A stretch of 64,000 nt of DNA from Gemmatimonadales bacterium (GTDB lineage Bacteria; Gemmatimonadota; Gemmatimonadetes; Gemmatimonadales; GWC2-71-9). Each line of letters opens with the position of its first letter. Position 1 is the stretch's first letter. The stretch covers positions 64,001 through 128,000 of the forward strand of contig JBFGJG010000002.1 of assembly GCA_041577295.1 (NCBI GenBank), in the 5' to 3' direction. A model generated the notes under the pieces. The model was not told where the DNA came from. It did not search any database and worked only from the letters and a program-made list of their open reading frames with translations. This document shows, in pieces, positions 27,777 to 39,239 of this stretch. The translations under genes were made by a program, and so were the position numbers.

Positions 27777-29573
27777 ATGCTTCCTGAAACCCTTGCGGGT
27801 CTCGCTGGCATCGTCGTCTTGGGCGTCGCAGCGCAGTGGCTGGCGTGGCGGCTCAAACTTCCGTCGATCTTGTTTCTGCTCATCGTCGGATTCGTTGCCG
27901 GACCCGTCGTCGGCTTCGTAAACCCCGACCAGTTACTCGGCGACTTGCTGTTTCCGATCGTCTCACTATCCGTCGCCATCATCCTGTTTGAAGGTGGGCT
28001 GAGCCTCGATGTCGCCGAACTCCGCATCGTCGGCAAGGTCGTACGGAACCTCGTATCTATCGGTGCGCTGGTCACATGGATCTTGGCGGGTGTGTTGGCT
28101 TACACCGCACTGGGACTCTCGCTCCCGCTCGCGGCGTTGCTCGGGGCGATACTCGTCGTCACGGGCCCCACCGTGATAGGACCGTTGCTCCGGCACATTC
28201 AGCCACAGGCCAAAATAGGATCAGCTGTGAAATGGGAAGGCATCGTCAACGACCCCATCGGTGCGATCCTGGCGGTACTGGTATTCGAGGTCGTCCTTGC
28301 CGGTGGCTTCGAAGCGGGTGCCACGGTCGCCGCGGTTGTGATCGTCAAAGCCGTGACCATCGGCGGCGCCTTGGGACTCGCTGGCGCTGGGATCATCGTT
28401 CTGTTGCTCAGCAAACACTGGGTTCCCGACTACTTGCAGAATCCCGTTGCGCTCGCATTCGTACTGATGGTGTTCACCGCCTCGAATCTCCTCCAAGCCG
28501 AATCGGGGCTGTTGACGGTCACGGTGATGGGATCGGCGCTGGCAAGTCAAAAAATCGTCGCAGTCCGTCATATCGTGGAGTTCAAGGAAAACCTCCGCGT
28601 CCTGTTACTGTCCATCCTCTTCATTGTCTTGGCCGCGCGCCTGCCAACCGAGGCTTCCGCCTATACGGACGCCGGCAGCTTCCTGTTCCTGGGCGGACTC
28701 ATTCTCTTGGTGCGTCCAGCGGCGGTCGCGTTGTCGACCCTCGGCTCCAAGTTCAATTGGCGCGAGCGCGTCTTTTTGGGCATGATGGCACCACGAGGGA
28801 TCGTGGCGGCGGCGGTATCGTCTCTGTTTGCGCTCGAGCTCGTCGAGCACGGCTACCCTAATGCCGAGCGGCTGGTACCCGTGACGTTCCTCGTCATCGT
28901 CGGAACCGTCGCCGTTTACGGTCTCTCCGCCCCTACCATTGCGCGGGTGATGGGGCTTGCCACGCCCAACCCGCAGGGAATGCTATTCGTCGGCGCGGCA
29001 CCGTGGGTGCGTGAGGTGGCGCGGCTCTTAGTAAAGGAAAACGTCCTTGTGATTCTCGTTGACTCCAACTGGGTCAACGTGACGGCGTCACGCCGCGCCG
29101 GCCTCGCGAGCCACCACGTCAACATTCTCTCCGATCAAACAATCGAAGACCTCGACCTGAATGGTGTGGGACGGCTGTTAGCGCTCACTCCAAACGACGA
29201 GGTCAACACGCTGGCTGCGCTGCGGTTCCAAGATGTCTTCGGACGGTCCGGCGTTTTTCAACTCCCGCCGACCGGGGCCAACACGGGAGATAGTCGGGTC
29301 AGCCTCGAACTCGGGGGAAGGACGCTGTTCGCCAAGGGAGCCACGCACGCGGAGTTGAGTGCCCGGCTCTCAAAAGGTGCTGTGATCGAGAAGCACCGGC
29401 TCACGGAAGAGTTCGGTTTCGAGGCGTACCAGGCTCGTTATGGGGAAACCGCGATTCCGATGTTCCTGCTGCGGGAGTCCGGTGAGGTAGTCATCTTCAC
29501 ATCCGAAGGTGGGCCGACCCCGACCCCAAAGGCCGGTCAAACACTCATTAGCCTCGTCGACCCCGTCGCATAG
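27777..29573 (+). CDS. NhaP-type (CPA1) Na+/H+ antiporter with C-terminal cytoplasmic domain
   Basis: ILFEGGL, VTGPTVIGP, KWEGIVNDP, ESGLL, FKENL, APRGIVAAA, LALTPNDEVN. Confidence 0.9.
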   Translation: MLPETLAGLAGIVVLGVAAQWLAWRLKLPSILFLLIVGFVAGPVVGFVNPDQLLGDLLFPIVSLSVAIILFEGGLSLDVAELRIVGKVVRNLVSIGALVTWILAGVLAYTALGLSLPLAALLGAILVVTGPTVIGPLLRHIQPQAKIGSAVKWEGIVNDPIGAILAVLVFEVVLAGGFEAGATVAAVVIVKAVTIGGALGLAGAGIIVLLLSKHWVPDYLQNPVALAFVLMVFTASNLLQAESGLLTVTVMGSALASQKIVAVRHIVEFKENLRVLLLSILFIVLAARLPTEASAYTDAGSFLFLGGLILLVRPAAVALSTLGSKFNWRERVFLGMMAPRGIVAAAVSSLFALELVEHGYPNAERLVPVTFLVIVGTVAVYGLSAPTIARVMGLATPNPQGMLFVGAAPWVREVARLLVKENVLVILVDSNWVNVTASRRAGLASHHVNILSDQTIEDLDLNGVGRLLALTPNDEVNTLAALRFQDVFGRSGVFQLPPTGANTGDSRVSLELGGRTLFAKGATHAELSARLSKGAVIEKHRLTEEFGFEAYQARYGETAIPMFLLRESGEVVIFTSEGGPTPTPKAGQTLISLVDPVA

Positions 29574-29627
29574 CCCATCTTTCGGATCCGGGAACATCGA
29601 AACCGGCATTCTCCTTTCTTATACAGA

Positions 29628-30740
29628 ATGGCGATTTCCCCTTGGATATGGCTTGCCGCTGCGAGCGTCGGCGTCTTCCCCGCGACGTCCTTCGCGCAAT
29701 CGGGTGAGTGGCGAACGGACTTCGAGAAGCACACCGTTCCGCTCTCGGAGATCGTCTCGGGTGGACCCCCCAAGGATGGTATACCCGCCATCGATCGCCC
29801 AAAGTTCGAGAGCGTACGCCAGGCAAATCGGTGGATGGAGGACCGGGAACCAGTCGTCGTCGTGTCGCTGAACGGCGAAACCAAGGCGTACCCTCTTCAG
29901 ATCCTCATATGGCACGAGATCGTCAACGACGTGGTGGGCGGCATCCCGGTTGCCGTGACCTTTTGCCCGTTGTGCAACACCGCGCTCACCTTTGATCGGC
30001 GTGTCGGAAACCGGGTGCTCGACTTCGGCACGACGGGTAAGCTACGCCACAGCGATCTCGTGATGTACGATCGTCAGACAGAGAGCTGGTGGCAGCAGGC
30101 CAACGGTGAGGGAATTGTGGGACACTACGCCGGCACGCGGCTCGAGTTCATCAGCTCGCCGCTCGTCAGTTGGAAGGAGTTCAGGCGCGCGCACCCCACG
30201 GCGATCGTCTTGTCGCGCGAGACCGGCTTCCGCCGGCGGTACGGCGAAAACCCCTACGTGGGCTACGACGATCTCCGCGGGCGGCCATACCGACACTTCT
30301 TCTCCCGCGCGCCTGACGGTCGGCTGCCGGCCATGGAACGGGTCGTCGCGATTGAGATCGGGACCACGCCAACGGCATATCCATTCTCGTTCCTTTCGAC
30401 CAAGCGTGTCGTGAACGACGTGATCGAGGATCAACACATTGTCGTCGTTTGGGCACCGGGGACCGCGAGCGCGCTCGACAGAAATCGATTGGCCGATGGG
30501 CGCGAGGTGGGATCGAGCAACGTGTTCGATCGACGACTCGGGGATCGCACCCTCGAGTTCGAGCCAGCCGGCGAAACCACGTTCCGCGACAAGCAGACCG
30601 GCACCACATGGGATCTGTTCGGAAAGGGTGTGGCGGGTCCCTTGTCAGGGGCACAGCTTGAAACCATACCTCACGGCAACCATTTTTGGTTCGCCTGGGT
30701 GGTGTTCAAGCCCAAAACCAAGATCGTGAGCCTCCCATGA
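29628..30740 (+). CDS. DUF3179 family exported protein
   Basis: Signal peptide. GGPPKDGIPAID, AYPLQILIWHEIVND, TFCPLC, FGTTGKL, MYDRQTESWWQQ, FWFAW. Confidence 0.9.
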   Translation: MAISPWIWLAAASVGVFPATSFAQSGEWRTDFEKHTVPLSEIVSGGPPKDGIPAIDRPKFESVRQANRWMEDREPVVVVSLNGETKAYPLQILIWHEIVNDVVGGIPVAVTFCPLCNTALTFDRRVGNRVLDFGTTGKLRHSDLVMYDRQTESWWQQANGEGIVGHYAGTRLEFISSPLVSWKEFRRAHPTAIVLSRETGFRRRYGENPYVGYDDLRGRPYRHFFSRAPDGRLPAMERVVAIEIGTTPTAYPFSFLSTKRVVNDVIEDQHIVVVWAPGTASALDRNRLADGREVGSSNVFDRRLGDRTLEFEPAGETTFRDKQTGTTWDLFGKGVAGPLSGAQLETIPHGNHFWFAWVVFKPKTKIVSLP

Positions 30741-31183
30741 CCGCGCCTCCGCACGTCCCCCAACGTACGCTTGCGCTCGGATTAGCGATCCTCCGCATCT
30801 CGCTTGGCATATTCCTGTTGATCTGGGCGCTCGAAAAGTTTGCGATCCCGCAGACAACGGTGGGCATTTGGGGTCACTTCTACATGATCGATATTGGGGC
30901 CGCGATCCCGTACGTTGTTGGTGGGTTAGAGACCGTATTGGCGCTGGCCATCACGGTGGGGCTGTGGCGATCGGTTTCCTATGCCCTGGGTCTTGGGTTC
31001 CACGCGATCTCGGTCGCATCGACCTGGAAGCAACTCATTGACCCATGGGGATTGTACTTGTTCGAGCGACCGCAACATCTATTTCTTGCCGGCGTGCCCG
31101 TCCTGGCCGCATTTGTGACGTTGTTCCTGCTTCGTGAGGCGGATATTTGGACAGTAGACGGAAAGCGCTCGGGCGCCTGGTAG
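30737..31183 (+). CDS. DoxX-like membrane protein
   Basis: ATGA overlap. LRISLGIFLLIWALEKF, about 4 TM segments. Confidence 0.75.
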   Translation: MTAPPHVPQRTLALGLAILRISLGIFLLIWALEKFAIPQTTVGIWGHFYMIDIGAAIPYVVGGLETVLALAITVGLWRSVSYALGLGFHAISVASTWKQLIDPWGLYLFERPQHLFLAGVPVLAAFVTLFLLREADIWTVDGKRSGAW

Positions 31184-31198
31184 GATAGGCACTCCCGT

Positions 31199-33544
31199 TC
31201 AGCTGCGCGTTGCAGCCGCGTGCTGGTCGAAGATCTCACGGATGCGACCAGCCAACTGCGCCAGCGTCCACGGCTTTCGCACGAGTGGAAGTGACGAATC
31301 GAGCCCGGTGCTATCAAAGCCGTCCCGCAGCATGTAGCCGCTCATGAAAAGCACTTTGACGTCCGGGAACTCCCGCTGCAGCTGTCGATACATCTTGGTG
31401 CCGGTCATCTTTGGCATCACGACGTCGGTCAGCACGAGCTGGATCTCGTCCGCGTGACGGCGGAAGACGTCGAGTCCCTCCTGGCCATTGCTTGCAAGCA
31501 GAATCCGATAGCCAAGCCGTTCCAGCCCCCGGCGAACCGCCGCACGGATGGCTGATTCGTCTTCGACCACCAGGATTGTCTCCTGGCCACGTGGCAGGAC
31601 ATCCAGCAGCTTGGGTGCCTCGAGACTCGATTGTGGCACGCCGCTCACCGGAAAGAACAGCGTAACGGTCGTACCCGCGCCGATATCGCTGATGACATCG
31701 ATGTAGCCATCGTGTTGTTTCACGAGGCCATAGATCATAGCCATCCCAAGACCCGTTCCGGCACCGGGTGCTTTGGTGGTGAAGAAGGGCTCGAAGATCC
31801 GTCGCTTGGTTTCCGTGTCCATCCCGGTTCCGGTATCGCTCATGCGAACGCACACGTACGCACCCTCCCGTCCCCACCCCCGCTTCACCCGGAACGCCTC
31901 ATCAATGTCACCGGCGTAGATATCGATCCTGAGCCGCCCGCCGTCCGGCATGGCGTCTCGCGCATTTGTCGCGAGGTTCACCAGCATCTGCTCCACCGCT
32001 CCCGCATCTGCATTCACCGTCGGCAGATGATCATCTACGACAACTTCCATTTCGATGCTCTCCGGCAAGACTCGCCGCAGCACACGGGATGCTTCCGCCA
32101 CCACGCGCGCGAGATCGGTGGGTGAACGCACCAGCTTCTCCCGCCGGCTGAACGCAAGGAGCTTGCGAATCATCGCGGCCCCGCGACGTGCAGCGTCGCG
32201 GAGCTCGTCGAGTTCGGACCTTTCGCCTCGCTCCGGTAACTCGCGCGGCGTCGAGACCGCCAGGAGATCGGCGTTTGCAAGGATCACGGTCAACAGGTTG
32301 TTGAGGTCGTGCGCGATGCCGCCGGTGAGGCGCCCGACGGCTTCCATTTTCTGTGACTGCCGGAGTTGCTCTTCCAGTACCTTTCGTTCGGTGACGTCTT
32401 CCACGATCATCTCGAAGCCCGCCAGCGAACCGGCATCCACCAGCGGTCGCCCACTCAAGCGGACGGTAATGGGTGTACCGTCCCGGCGTTTCCAATCGAC
32501 CTCGACGTCATCGATCTGCGCGACCTGGTGATATTTCGCAATGAGGCGAGCACGATCTTCCGGATACAGATAGAGATCGCGCTCGAGAGCGAGCGACAGC
32601 ACCTCGTCCTCGTTTGCGTAGCCAAGCATTTCAACGAGGGCGGGGTTTACAGCGACAAACTGACCGCCTACGGTCGATCGATACATGCCGTATGTGGCGT
32701 GTTGAACGAGCGAGCGATACTTCTCCTCGGATTGCTGCAGCGCCTGCTGTGTCATCCGCATCCGGGCGGTGAGCCGGTAACTCCAGAACACGGCGCCCAG
32801 CACGAGCAGGGTCGTGACGGCGAGCGCGACGGTCATGATGAGATGCTTGAGCCACCGAGCGCCATCACTCAGCGTCGTGGAGAACTGAACCTCCAAAGCT
32901 GTGAGCACATTGTTTAGATCGTCGATCTGAGCGAGGAGCCTGTCGATCGCACGGGGGTCGGTGTTGGCGCTCCGGATCTCCTGATCCAGGGCTGTTGCGA
33001 GGTGATCCAAACGCTCCAGCAGTCGATCACCCTGCTCCCAAATTTTGACAGCATGCTCGATGAATGCGATACCGTAAAACGCCCTGAAGGCTGCAATGAA
33101 GCCCGCAATGTCATCCGGATGATGACCCGCCTCCGTAAAGGCTTCCACCACCACGTCCATGTTGGGATCGGGATGCTGTAACTCTTCTCGCCCACGACGG
33201 TTGGCCAGCGGGACGGCCACCGCCCGACGATAGTCTGTGAAGTCCTCGACTTCCGTGGTCCGAGCATACCGATGCAAGGCGATGATGGCGTCTTTCTGCC
33301 CGCGGGACCACATACCCTCACCTGCGACGTACGAGCGAGTCCAGGACAACATTTCGAGGGCGGTGAAGTTGATGTACAAGTGCAGCGCAACGACCGCAAC
33401 GAATACCGCCACGACGATCCAGACGTCTCGATCGAACCCGCCCGATGAGCCGCGAGCCGCGGGTCGGGAAGGCCGGATGCGGGAAGGATCGTCCGCCACT
33501 GGCCGCTCCTCCGGCAGACCCTGGGGAAGATCGTCCGTCGTCAC
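31199..33544 (-). CDS. Hybrid sensor histidine kinase (TM sensor-PAS-HisKA-HATPase-REC)
   Basis: Two TMs flank a [15 protein letters not shown] domain. [32 protein letters not shown]...TDVVMP. Confidence 0.92.
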   Translation of the reverse strand: MTTDDLPQGLPEERPVADDPSRIRPSRPAARGSSGGFDRDVWIVVAVFVAVVALHLYINFTALEMLSWTRSYVAGEGMWSRGQKDAIIALHRYARTTEVEDFTDYRRAVAVPLANRRGREELQHPDPNMDVVVEAFTEAGHHPDDIAGFIAAFRAFYGIAFIEHAVKIWEQGDRLLERLDHLATALDQEIRSANTDPRAIDRLLAQIDDLNNVLTALEVQFSTTLSDGARWLKHLIMTVALAVTTLLVLGAVFWSYRLTARMRMTQQALQQSEEKYRSLVQHATYGMYRSTVGGQFVAVNPALVEMLGYANEDEVLSLALERDLYLYPEDRARLIAKYHQVAQIDDVEVDWKRRDGTPITVRLSGRPLVDAGSLAGFEMIVEDVTERKVLEEQLRQSQKMEAVGRLTGGIAHDLNNLLTVILANADLLAVSTPRELPERGERSELDELRDAARRGAAMIRKLLAFSRREKLVRSPTDLARVVAEASRVLRRVLPESIEMEVVVDDHLPTVNADAGAVEQMLVNLATNARDAMPDGGRLRIDIYAGDIDEAFRVKRGWGREGAYVCVRMSDTGTGMDTETKRRIFEPFFTTKAPGAGTGLGMAMIYGLVKQHDGYIDVISDIGAGTTVTLFFPVSGVPQSSLEAPKLLDVLPRGQETILVVEDESAIRAAVRRGLERLGYRILLASNGQEGLDVFRRHADEIQLVLTDVVMPKMTGTKMYRQLQREFPDVKVLFMSGYMLRDGFDSTGLDSSLPLVRKPWTLAQLAGRIREIFDQHAAATRS

Positions 33545-33545
33545 G

Positions 33546-36500
33546 TCAGTCGATGGTCACCTGATCGCGGGGACCAGGCGCGTTCGCCGTCGCTTCGTCG
33601 GCGTTCTCAGGGTGGTCCAACACCTCGCGGACCCGCTTCAATAGATCGACAACCGTCCACGGTTTGTGGAGGAAGGGAAGCATGGGATCGAGTTCGACAC
33701 TGTCACGCATGTCCCGCGCGGCATAACCACTCGTGAAGACGAACTTTACATTGAGCCCCGCAGCCCGAGCGGCTTCGTGCAGTTTCCGGCCGCCCAGCTT
33801 GGGCATGACGACATCCGTGATGACGAGATCAATCGCAATGTCCTGATTGCGTAGCACGGCCAACGCCTCCTGACCGTCGGCCGCCACACGCACCGTGTAT
33901 CCAAATCGCTGTAGTACCCGCTGACACGCCCGTCGGATTGCTTCCTCATCCTCGACCAACAGAATGGCCTCCGTCCCCCCGCGAACGTCGCTCGGGTGCT
34001 GCGCGGGTACGTCGATGGGATCGACGCTACGATCCACCGGGAAGTACATTCGCACCGCGGTTCCCTGGCCCACTTCGCTGTCCACGTTTATGAAACCGCC
34101 ATGCTGCTTGACCAGCCCGTAGACCATTGCCATACCCAGACCTGTGCCCTCTCCAGGTGGCTTGGTCGTGAAGAACGGCTCGAAGATCTTCCCACGGACT
34201 GCGTCGTCGATGCCCATTCCCGTATCGTGAACCGCCAGACAGACATAGTCGCCTGGCTCGCCCCAGCCGTAAGTAGAACGATACTGCTCGTCGAGGGTGG
34301 TGATGCGGGTCTCAATGCGGAGGGCACCGCCATCGGGCATGGCATCTCTCGCGTTGGTCGCGAGATTGAGAACGATTTGCTCGATTGCTCCCCTGTCCGC
34401 ACGCACGACCGCCCGTACGTTATGCCGGAGAACCTTGACTTCAATGTGCTCCGGCAGCAGGCGACGCAGCATCGGTGCGAGCTCCTCAACCACTTCGCCG
34501 AGATCGAGTCGATGTATGTCCAGGTGCTCACGACGCGAGAACGCCATCAGCTTGCGGATCATCGCCGCTCCTCGGCGCGCCGCCGCGCGAATGTCATCCA
34601 CCTCAGACCGAAGTGCCTGTGCTTCTTTCGGGAGCCCACCCTGGATCAGCTCGGCGTTTGACAGCACCGCCGTGAGGATGTTGTTGAAGTCGTGGGCAAT
34701 GCCTCCCGTCAGCTGGCCGATAGCCTCCATCTTCTGCGCGTGACGTAGCTGCGATTCTAGCGCCCGTTGTTTCGTCACATCCTCAGCGATCATCTCGACT
34801 GCATCCACGTGTCCTTCAACACTGCGAACTGCTCGACCACTCAGACGGACCGTGATGACGGTTTCGTCCTTACGCATCCATTTTGCCTCGACGCCGTCGA
34901 TCCGCTCAATGCGCTCCAGGCGCCGCATCATCCGGTCCCAGTGCTCGTGGTCGACGTAGATATCCTGGGCGATGTCGACTTCAGCGAGCGCCGCTTCCGA
35001 TTCGTACTGCAGCATCTCGGCCAATGCTGGATTGACCGCGAGGAATTGACCGTTTCGACTAGCCCGGAAAATCCCGTAGGTCGCGTGCTCGACGAGCGCG
35101 CGGTACTTCGCCTCAGATTCCCGAACTGCTCGCTCCGCTCGCTTGCGAGGCGTGATGTCCACCAGTGCGTTTACGATGCCGATCACCGCGCCGTTGCGAT
35201 CCGCCAGCGGCGCGGCCGATAGGCTAACGTCAATCGTTTGGCCATCTTTGGCGAGCCGCTGCGTCTCGACATTCCGTACCGGCTCCCCACTGAGCACTCG
35301 TAACCGCAACGCATTGAACTCCTCTAGCCGGTTGGGAGGAACGATGGGTGGCCGCCAGCCGATGACCTCATCGGCCGTCCATCCAAACGTCCGCTGGGCT
35401 GCGGAGTTCCACATTCGCACGAACCCATCACGATCCAACATCAGGGTTGGGAGTGGTGACGCATCGAAGACGGCTCGAAGACCATCCCGGCTCGCGCGTA
35501 GCGCCTCGGCGACCTCTCGACGTTCGGTGATGTCGATCAGGCTGCCTCGGATCAGGCGGCGACCGGCCGACGGGAGGCGAACTAGGCGAATCTCACATGG
35601 CACGCTTCGACCCGACGAGTGACGGTGCACCCAGTCATATACCGGCAGACGGCCAGCCAGGGCCTCCTCGATGAACTGCTTTGCCAACTCGTTGCTGTTG
35701 CTACCGTCGGGCTGTGTGGGAGGGCTCAGATGGACGGGTCCCATCCGGAGCAGCTCCTCACGGCTTCGGCCAAAGAGCTCGACGGCGTGTCTGTTCACGT
35801 CGATGAATCGACCGGTATCGACATCGAGAATGACCAGCGCTTCCGGCGCATGTTCGACGAGAGTCCGAAGGCGTTGCTCACTCTCTCGTAACGCTCGTTC
35901 GGCTTGCGCTCGCTCCGAAATGTCACGTATGACGGCGAGCACATGCTCCTGACCATCCGGCACGATGCGTGCTTCGAGTCGCCTGAGCGTGCCGTCGAGC
36001 GGGTGATCGTACTCGAATGTCTGAATGCTGCCCGTGCTCAGGGATCGGCGGATCACCCTCGTGGCTTCGTCCGCAAGTTCTTGCGGAAGGATTTCGGACA
36101 CAGACCTTCCTAGGAAACCTGCGGACGTTGCCGGAGTCTCGAACCCCTTCGCGGGGATGTAGTCCACGCAAACGCCATCCCCGGTGAGACGAAAGATCGG
36201 ATCCGGTACTGCGTGCAGCAGAGCGCGATTCTTCGACTCACTTTCACGGAGGGCCTCTTCAACGCGCTTGCGTTCCGTGATGTCTTCCAACACACCGAGC
36301 ACGAGAGTCGTTTGTTTGGGGGCCAGAATGGCCGAGACGGTGAGATTCGCCCACAACGTGCTCCCATCGCGACGGACGTATCGACGCTCGACCTGGTAAT
36401 GGGTGAGCTCACCTTCGAACACACGACGCACCCGCTCGGCGCTCACGTCTGTGTCCTCGGGATGCGAGAACTCAAGGAACGTGTGCGTCACCAACTCGCT

Positions 36501-36734
36501 CTGTGTGTAGCCGAGCATCGCACACAGGGCAGAGTTCACTCGCAAGATGTGAAAGTTCGAGTCGACGAGCGCCATGCCCAACGGCCCATTTTCGAAGACG
36601 TCCGAGAAGGGACCACCGCTCGAAGCGGGTTGCGGAAGCCGAGCATCCGCCTTACTGCGCCACCATGGGGATCGGCCGAGCAGGATACCGGCTCCGATTC
36701 CCAGAGCCGCCGCAACCAAGCCCAGTAGTATCAT
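33546..36734 (-). CDS. Multi-PAS hybrid sensor histidine kinase
   Basis: N-terminal anchor and about 5 PAS/PAC units (DITERK-type ends). [18 protein letters not shown] domain. Confidence 0.93.
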   Translation of the reverse strand: MILLGLVAAALGIGAGILLGRSPWWRSKADARLPQPASSGGPFSDVFENGPLGMALVDSNFHILRVNSALCAMLGYTQSELVTHTFLEFSHPEDTDVSAERVRRVFEGELTHYQVERRYVRRDGSTLWANLTVSAILAPKQTTLVLGVLEDITERKRVEEALRESESKNRALLHAVPDPIFRLTGDGVCVDYIPAKGFETPATSAGFLGRSVSEILPQELADEATRVIRRSLSTGSIQTFEYDHPLDGTLRRLEARIVPDGQEHVLAVIRDISERAQAERALRESEQRLRTLVEHAPEALVILDVDTGRFIDVNRHAVELFGRSREELLRMGPVHLSPPTQPDGSNSNELAKQFIEEALAGRLPVYDWVHRHSSGRSVPCEIRLVRLPSAGRRLIRGSLIDITERREVAEALRASRDGLRAVFDASPLPTLMLDRDGFVRMWNSAAQRTFGWTADEVIGWRPPIVPPNRLEEFNALRLRVLSGEPVRNVETQRLAKDGQTIDVSLSAAPLADRNGAVIGIVNALVDITPRKRAERAVRESEAKYRALVEHATYGIFRASRNGQFLAVNPALAEMLQYESEAALAEVDIAQDIYVDHEHWDRMMRRLERIERIDGVEAKWMRKDETVITVRLSGRAVRSVEGHVDAVEMIAEDVTKQRALESQLRHAQKMEAIGQLTGGIAHDFNNILTAVLSNAELIQGGLPKEAQALRSEVDDIRAAARRGAAMIRKLMAFSRREHLDIHRLDLGEVVEELAPMLRRLLPEHIEVKVLRHNVRAVVRADRGAIEQIVLNLATNARDAMPDGGALRIETRITTLDEQYRSTYGWGEPGDYVCLAVHDTGMGIDDAVRGKIFEPFFTTKPPGEGTGLGMAMVYGLVKQHGGFINVDSEVGQGTAVRMYFPVDRSVDPIDVPAQHPSDVRGGTEAILLVEDEEAIRRACQRVLQRFGYTVRVAADGQEALAVLRNQDIAIDLVITDVVMPKLGGRKLHEAARAAGLNVKFVFTSGYAARDMRDSVELDPMLPFLHKPWTVVDLLKRVREVLDHPENADEATANAPGPRDQVTID

Positions 36735-37969
36735 GCTCCGCCGGGGGCGAGTTCCTGTTGGATCCGTTCGACCTCGTCACGACACTCGAGAAAGAGATCG
36801 AGTACCTGCGGATCGAAGTGCTGGCCGCGGTCTGCTTGGAGCATTCCGTAGACCGTCTCAGCGGAGAGGGCCTCCCGGTACGGGCGTTCGTTGGTGAGCG
36901 CGTCGAATACGTCCGCGACGGCACAGATACGCCCGGCAAGTGGAATCTCTTGCCCTGCGAGACCCCGCGGGTAGCCGCTGCCATCCCAGCGTTCGTGGTG
37001 CGTCAGCGCGATCACCTCACCCAACTGGAGGAGTTCCGAGGGGGAGCCACTCAGCATGCGCGCGCCGATCACGGTGTGCTGCTTCATCACCTCCCATTCC
37101 ACGGGGGTGAGCTTGTCTGCCTTCAGCAGAATCGCATCCGGGATACCGATTTTCCCCACGTCGTGCATGATGCTTGCGTACCTGATCACGCGCGTCTGAT
37201 TCGGAGGAAGGCCGAGACCGTGCGCGAGCATCTCGCAGTAGCGACCGATCCGTTCGATGTGGCCCGCAGTGGCCCGATCTTTGTACTCGGCGGCCAGGAC
37301 CAGGCGTCGCAACGTGTCGAGGTGGGCTTCTAGCGTTCGCTCGTGGGCCGCCGCCGCCTGCGCAAGGGCGTCTCGCAGCTCCGAGGTTCTCTCCTCTACC
37401 GCTTGCTCCAGTTCCGCTCGATGACGCTTGAGTGCATCGGTCGCCTCTTTCATGCGCAGCAGCCACGACGACCGAAGCTGGAGCTCGGTGACATCGAAGG
37501 GCTTTGAGATGAAATCGTTGACACCGGCTTCCATGGCGTGGAGCCGATCTTCTTTGCTGTCGAGTCCCGTGACCATGACCATTGGGAGATCGAAGTACCG
37601 AGGGTCCTTGCGCACACGCTGTGCGAGCTCGAACCCGTTCATACCGGGCATCCGTGCGTCGAGTATGACGAGATCGACCGCCTCATCGATCCGCTCCAGT
37701 GCCTCCGCTGCACCGGCGGCCAAGAGAGTCTCGTAGCCAAAGGATCTCAGAACCTTGTCGAGGATTCGCCGCGCCTCCGCCTGATCATCGATGACCAACA
37801 CCCGCTTGGCGCGTCCGGTCGGATGAAAGGGCATGTCCGGCCGCGGATCACAGGCCGGCGGCGGAACGTTTACCACAGGCGCACGCGACAGTCCGAGAGC
37901 CCTGTCCGCGGACTCGGATGCGATGCCCGGCGACCCGAGCAGCGATTTCTTCGATCCGATCCGTAGCAT
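36731..37969 (-). CDS. REC + HD-GYP cyclic di-GMP phosphodiesterase (RpfG-like)
   Basis: VLVIDD..LDARMP, HIERIG, MHDVGKIG, HHERWDGSGYP, ADVFDAL..RPY. Start is 37969 (next to the upstream stop) or 37834. Confidence 0.9.
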   Translation of the reverse strand: MLRIGSKKSLLGSPGIASESADRALGLSRAPVVNVPPPACDPRPDMPFHPTGRAKRVLVIDDQAEARRILDKVLRSFGYETLLAAGAAEALERIDEAVDLVILDARMPGMNGFELAQRVRKDPRYFDLPMVMVTGLDSKEDRLHAMEAGVNDFISKPFDVTELQLRSSWLLRMKEATDALKRHRAELEQAVEERTSELRDALAQAAAAHERTLEAHLDTLRRLVLAAEYKDRATAGHIERIGRYCEMLAHGLGLPPNQTRVIRYASIMHDVGKIGIPDAILLKADKLTPVEWEVMKQHTVIGARMLSGSPSELLQLGEVIALTHHERWDGSGYPRGLAGQEIPLAGRICAVADVFDALTNERPYREALSAETVYGMLQADRGQHFDPQVLDLFLECRDEVERIQQELAPGGA

Positions 37970-37970
37970 C

Positions 37971-38405
37971 TCAGATCGTCGTCCCCGGCGGCGCACCAAC
38001 GGACGGCGCGTCTGCCAAACGGTCACCAAAGAGATCGACCAACGCGGCCGGCATCTGCTGGCTCCATTCCGCCTTGGTGACAAACCCATCCGCTCGCACT
38101 CCTACAGCGGCTTCGCGGTATGCGGGATCGTCGTACAGCGTGAGGATGACCACGCGTGGAGGCGTGGCCATTGCTTTGATGCGCCGCGTGGCTTCCAGGC
38201 CGTTCATCCCGGGCATGGCGAGATCCATGAGTACCAGATCTGGGCGAAGCGTCTCGACCAGATCTAGCGCTTCCTGTCCGGCGGAGGCGCAACCCACCAC
38301 TTCCAGCCCCGCATAGCTGCCTAACCGGCGCAACGCTGTCTGTACGAACTCGTGACTGTCGTCAACCACCAGCACCCGAAGGGGCTTCGCGGCCTTGTGG
38401 GCCAA
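37971..38405 (-). CDS. Single-domain response regulator (NarL-type receiver, no output domain)
   Basis: TTG 38405 follows GAGG. LRVLVVDD, PDLVLMDLAMPGMNG, ILT, FVTK. Confidence 0.85.
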   Translation of the reverse strand: MAHKAAKPLRVLVVDDSHEFVQTALRRLGSYAGLEVVGCASAGQEALDLVETLRPDLVLMDLAMPGMNGLEATRRIKAMATPPRVVILTLYDDPAYREAAVGVRADGFVTKAEWSQQMPAALVDLFGDRLADAPSVGAPPGTTI

Positions 38406-38531
38406 TACGACCTCGCTGCAGAGTGTGTCGTTGGACTGGAAGGAACGGCCAGCGACTTGGATGCGCCGGCGAACACAAGCCGCCAGCGGCGGGCGCACCA
38501 CGATCTTAGGAGCTACCGGCCGATCGTGGTA

Positions 38532-38546
38532 TCAGGAGATCCCTGA
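38532..38546. promoter_or_regulatory. Palindrome TCAGG-N5-CCTGA, candidate operator
   Basis: Perfect 5-bp arms in the intergenic region between the NarL-type regulator and the receiver gene. Confidence 0.4.
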
Positions 38547-38585
38547 GTTCTGCGGGGGAAAAGACCCGAGAGGAACGCGGGCCCG

Positions 38586-39239
38586 CTAGTCTTCGAGGGC
38601 GACCAGCCCCATACGAATGGCGTAGCGTACCAGCGAGGGAATGTCGTGAACATCCAGGCGCTTCATGAGCTGAGCTCGGTGGGTTTCGACGGTCTTGGGA
38701 CTTATGTTCAACTTGCTTGCGATCTCCTTCGTCGAGCTTCCTTCTCCGATGAGCTGTAACACCTGTCGTTGGCGAGGAGAGAGCTTTTCGCGGGCTGTCT
38801 CGCTTCGCGCTGAACCTTCCACGAAGTCCTGAATCACCGCCCGAGATGCGCGGGGGCTCAGGTACGTCTCGCCTCGTGCAGCGGCGCGCACGGCAATCTC
38901 CAGTTCTGCACGGCCAGCGTCCTTGAGCAGATACCCCACCGCCCCGGCTTTGAGGGCCTGGGCCACATACTCTTCATCGCCGTGCATCGAAAGCACCAGG
39001 ATCTTGACCCCGGGAAACCGCTTGACAATCTGGGCCGTCGCATCCAGACCGTTGAGCTCCGGCATGGAAATATCCATCAGCACGACATCCGGCCGCCGCG
39101 AGCTCACGAACGACACAGCGTCCCGTCCGTTGGCAACCTCCCCAATCACCTCGATATCCCCTAGATCTTCCAACAACGCACGAAACCCGGAGCGCACGAG
39201 CTCGTGGTCCTCGGCCAGGAGCACGCGGACCTTCCTCAT
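38586..39239 (-). CDS. NarL/LuxR family response regulator
   Basis: VLLAEDH, MDISMP, YLLK, LSPRQRQVL...SPKTVETHR HTH. Confidence 0.95.
   Translation of the reverse strand: MRKVRVLLAEDHELVRSGFRALLEDLGDIEVIGEVANGRDAVSFVSSRRPDVVLMDISMPELNGLDATAQIVKRFPGVKILVLSMHGDEEYVAQALKAGAVGYLLKDAGRAELEIAVRAAARGETYLSPRASRAVIQDFVEGSARSETAREKLSPRQRQVLQLIGEGSSTKEIASKLNISPKTVETHRAQLMKRLDVHDIPSLVRYAIRMGLVALED

Noticed and set aside
29628..30740. Selenoprotein form of DUF3179
   Set aside because: The motif is CPLC and the frame has no internal TGA.
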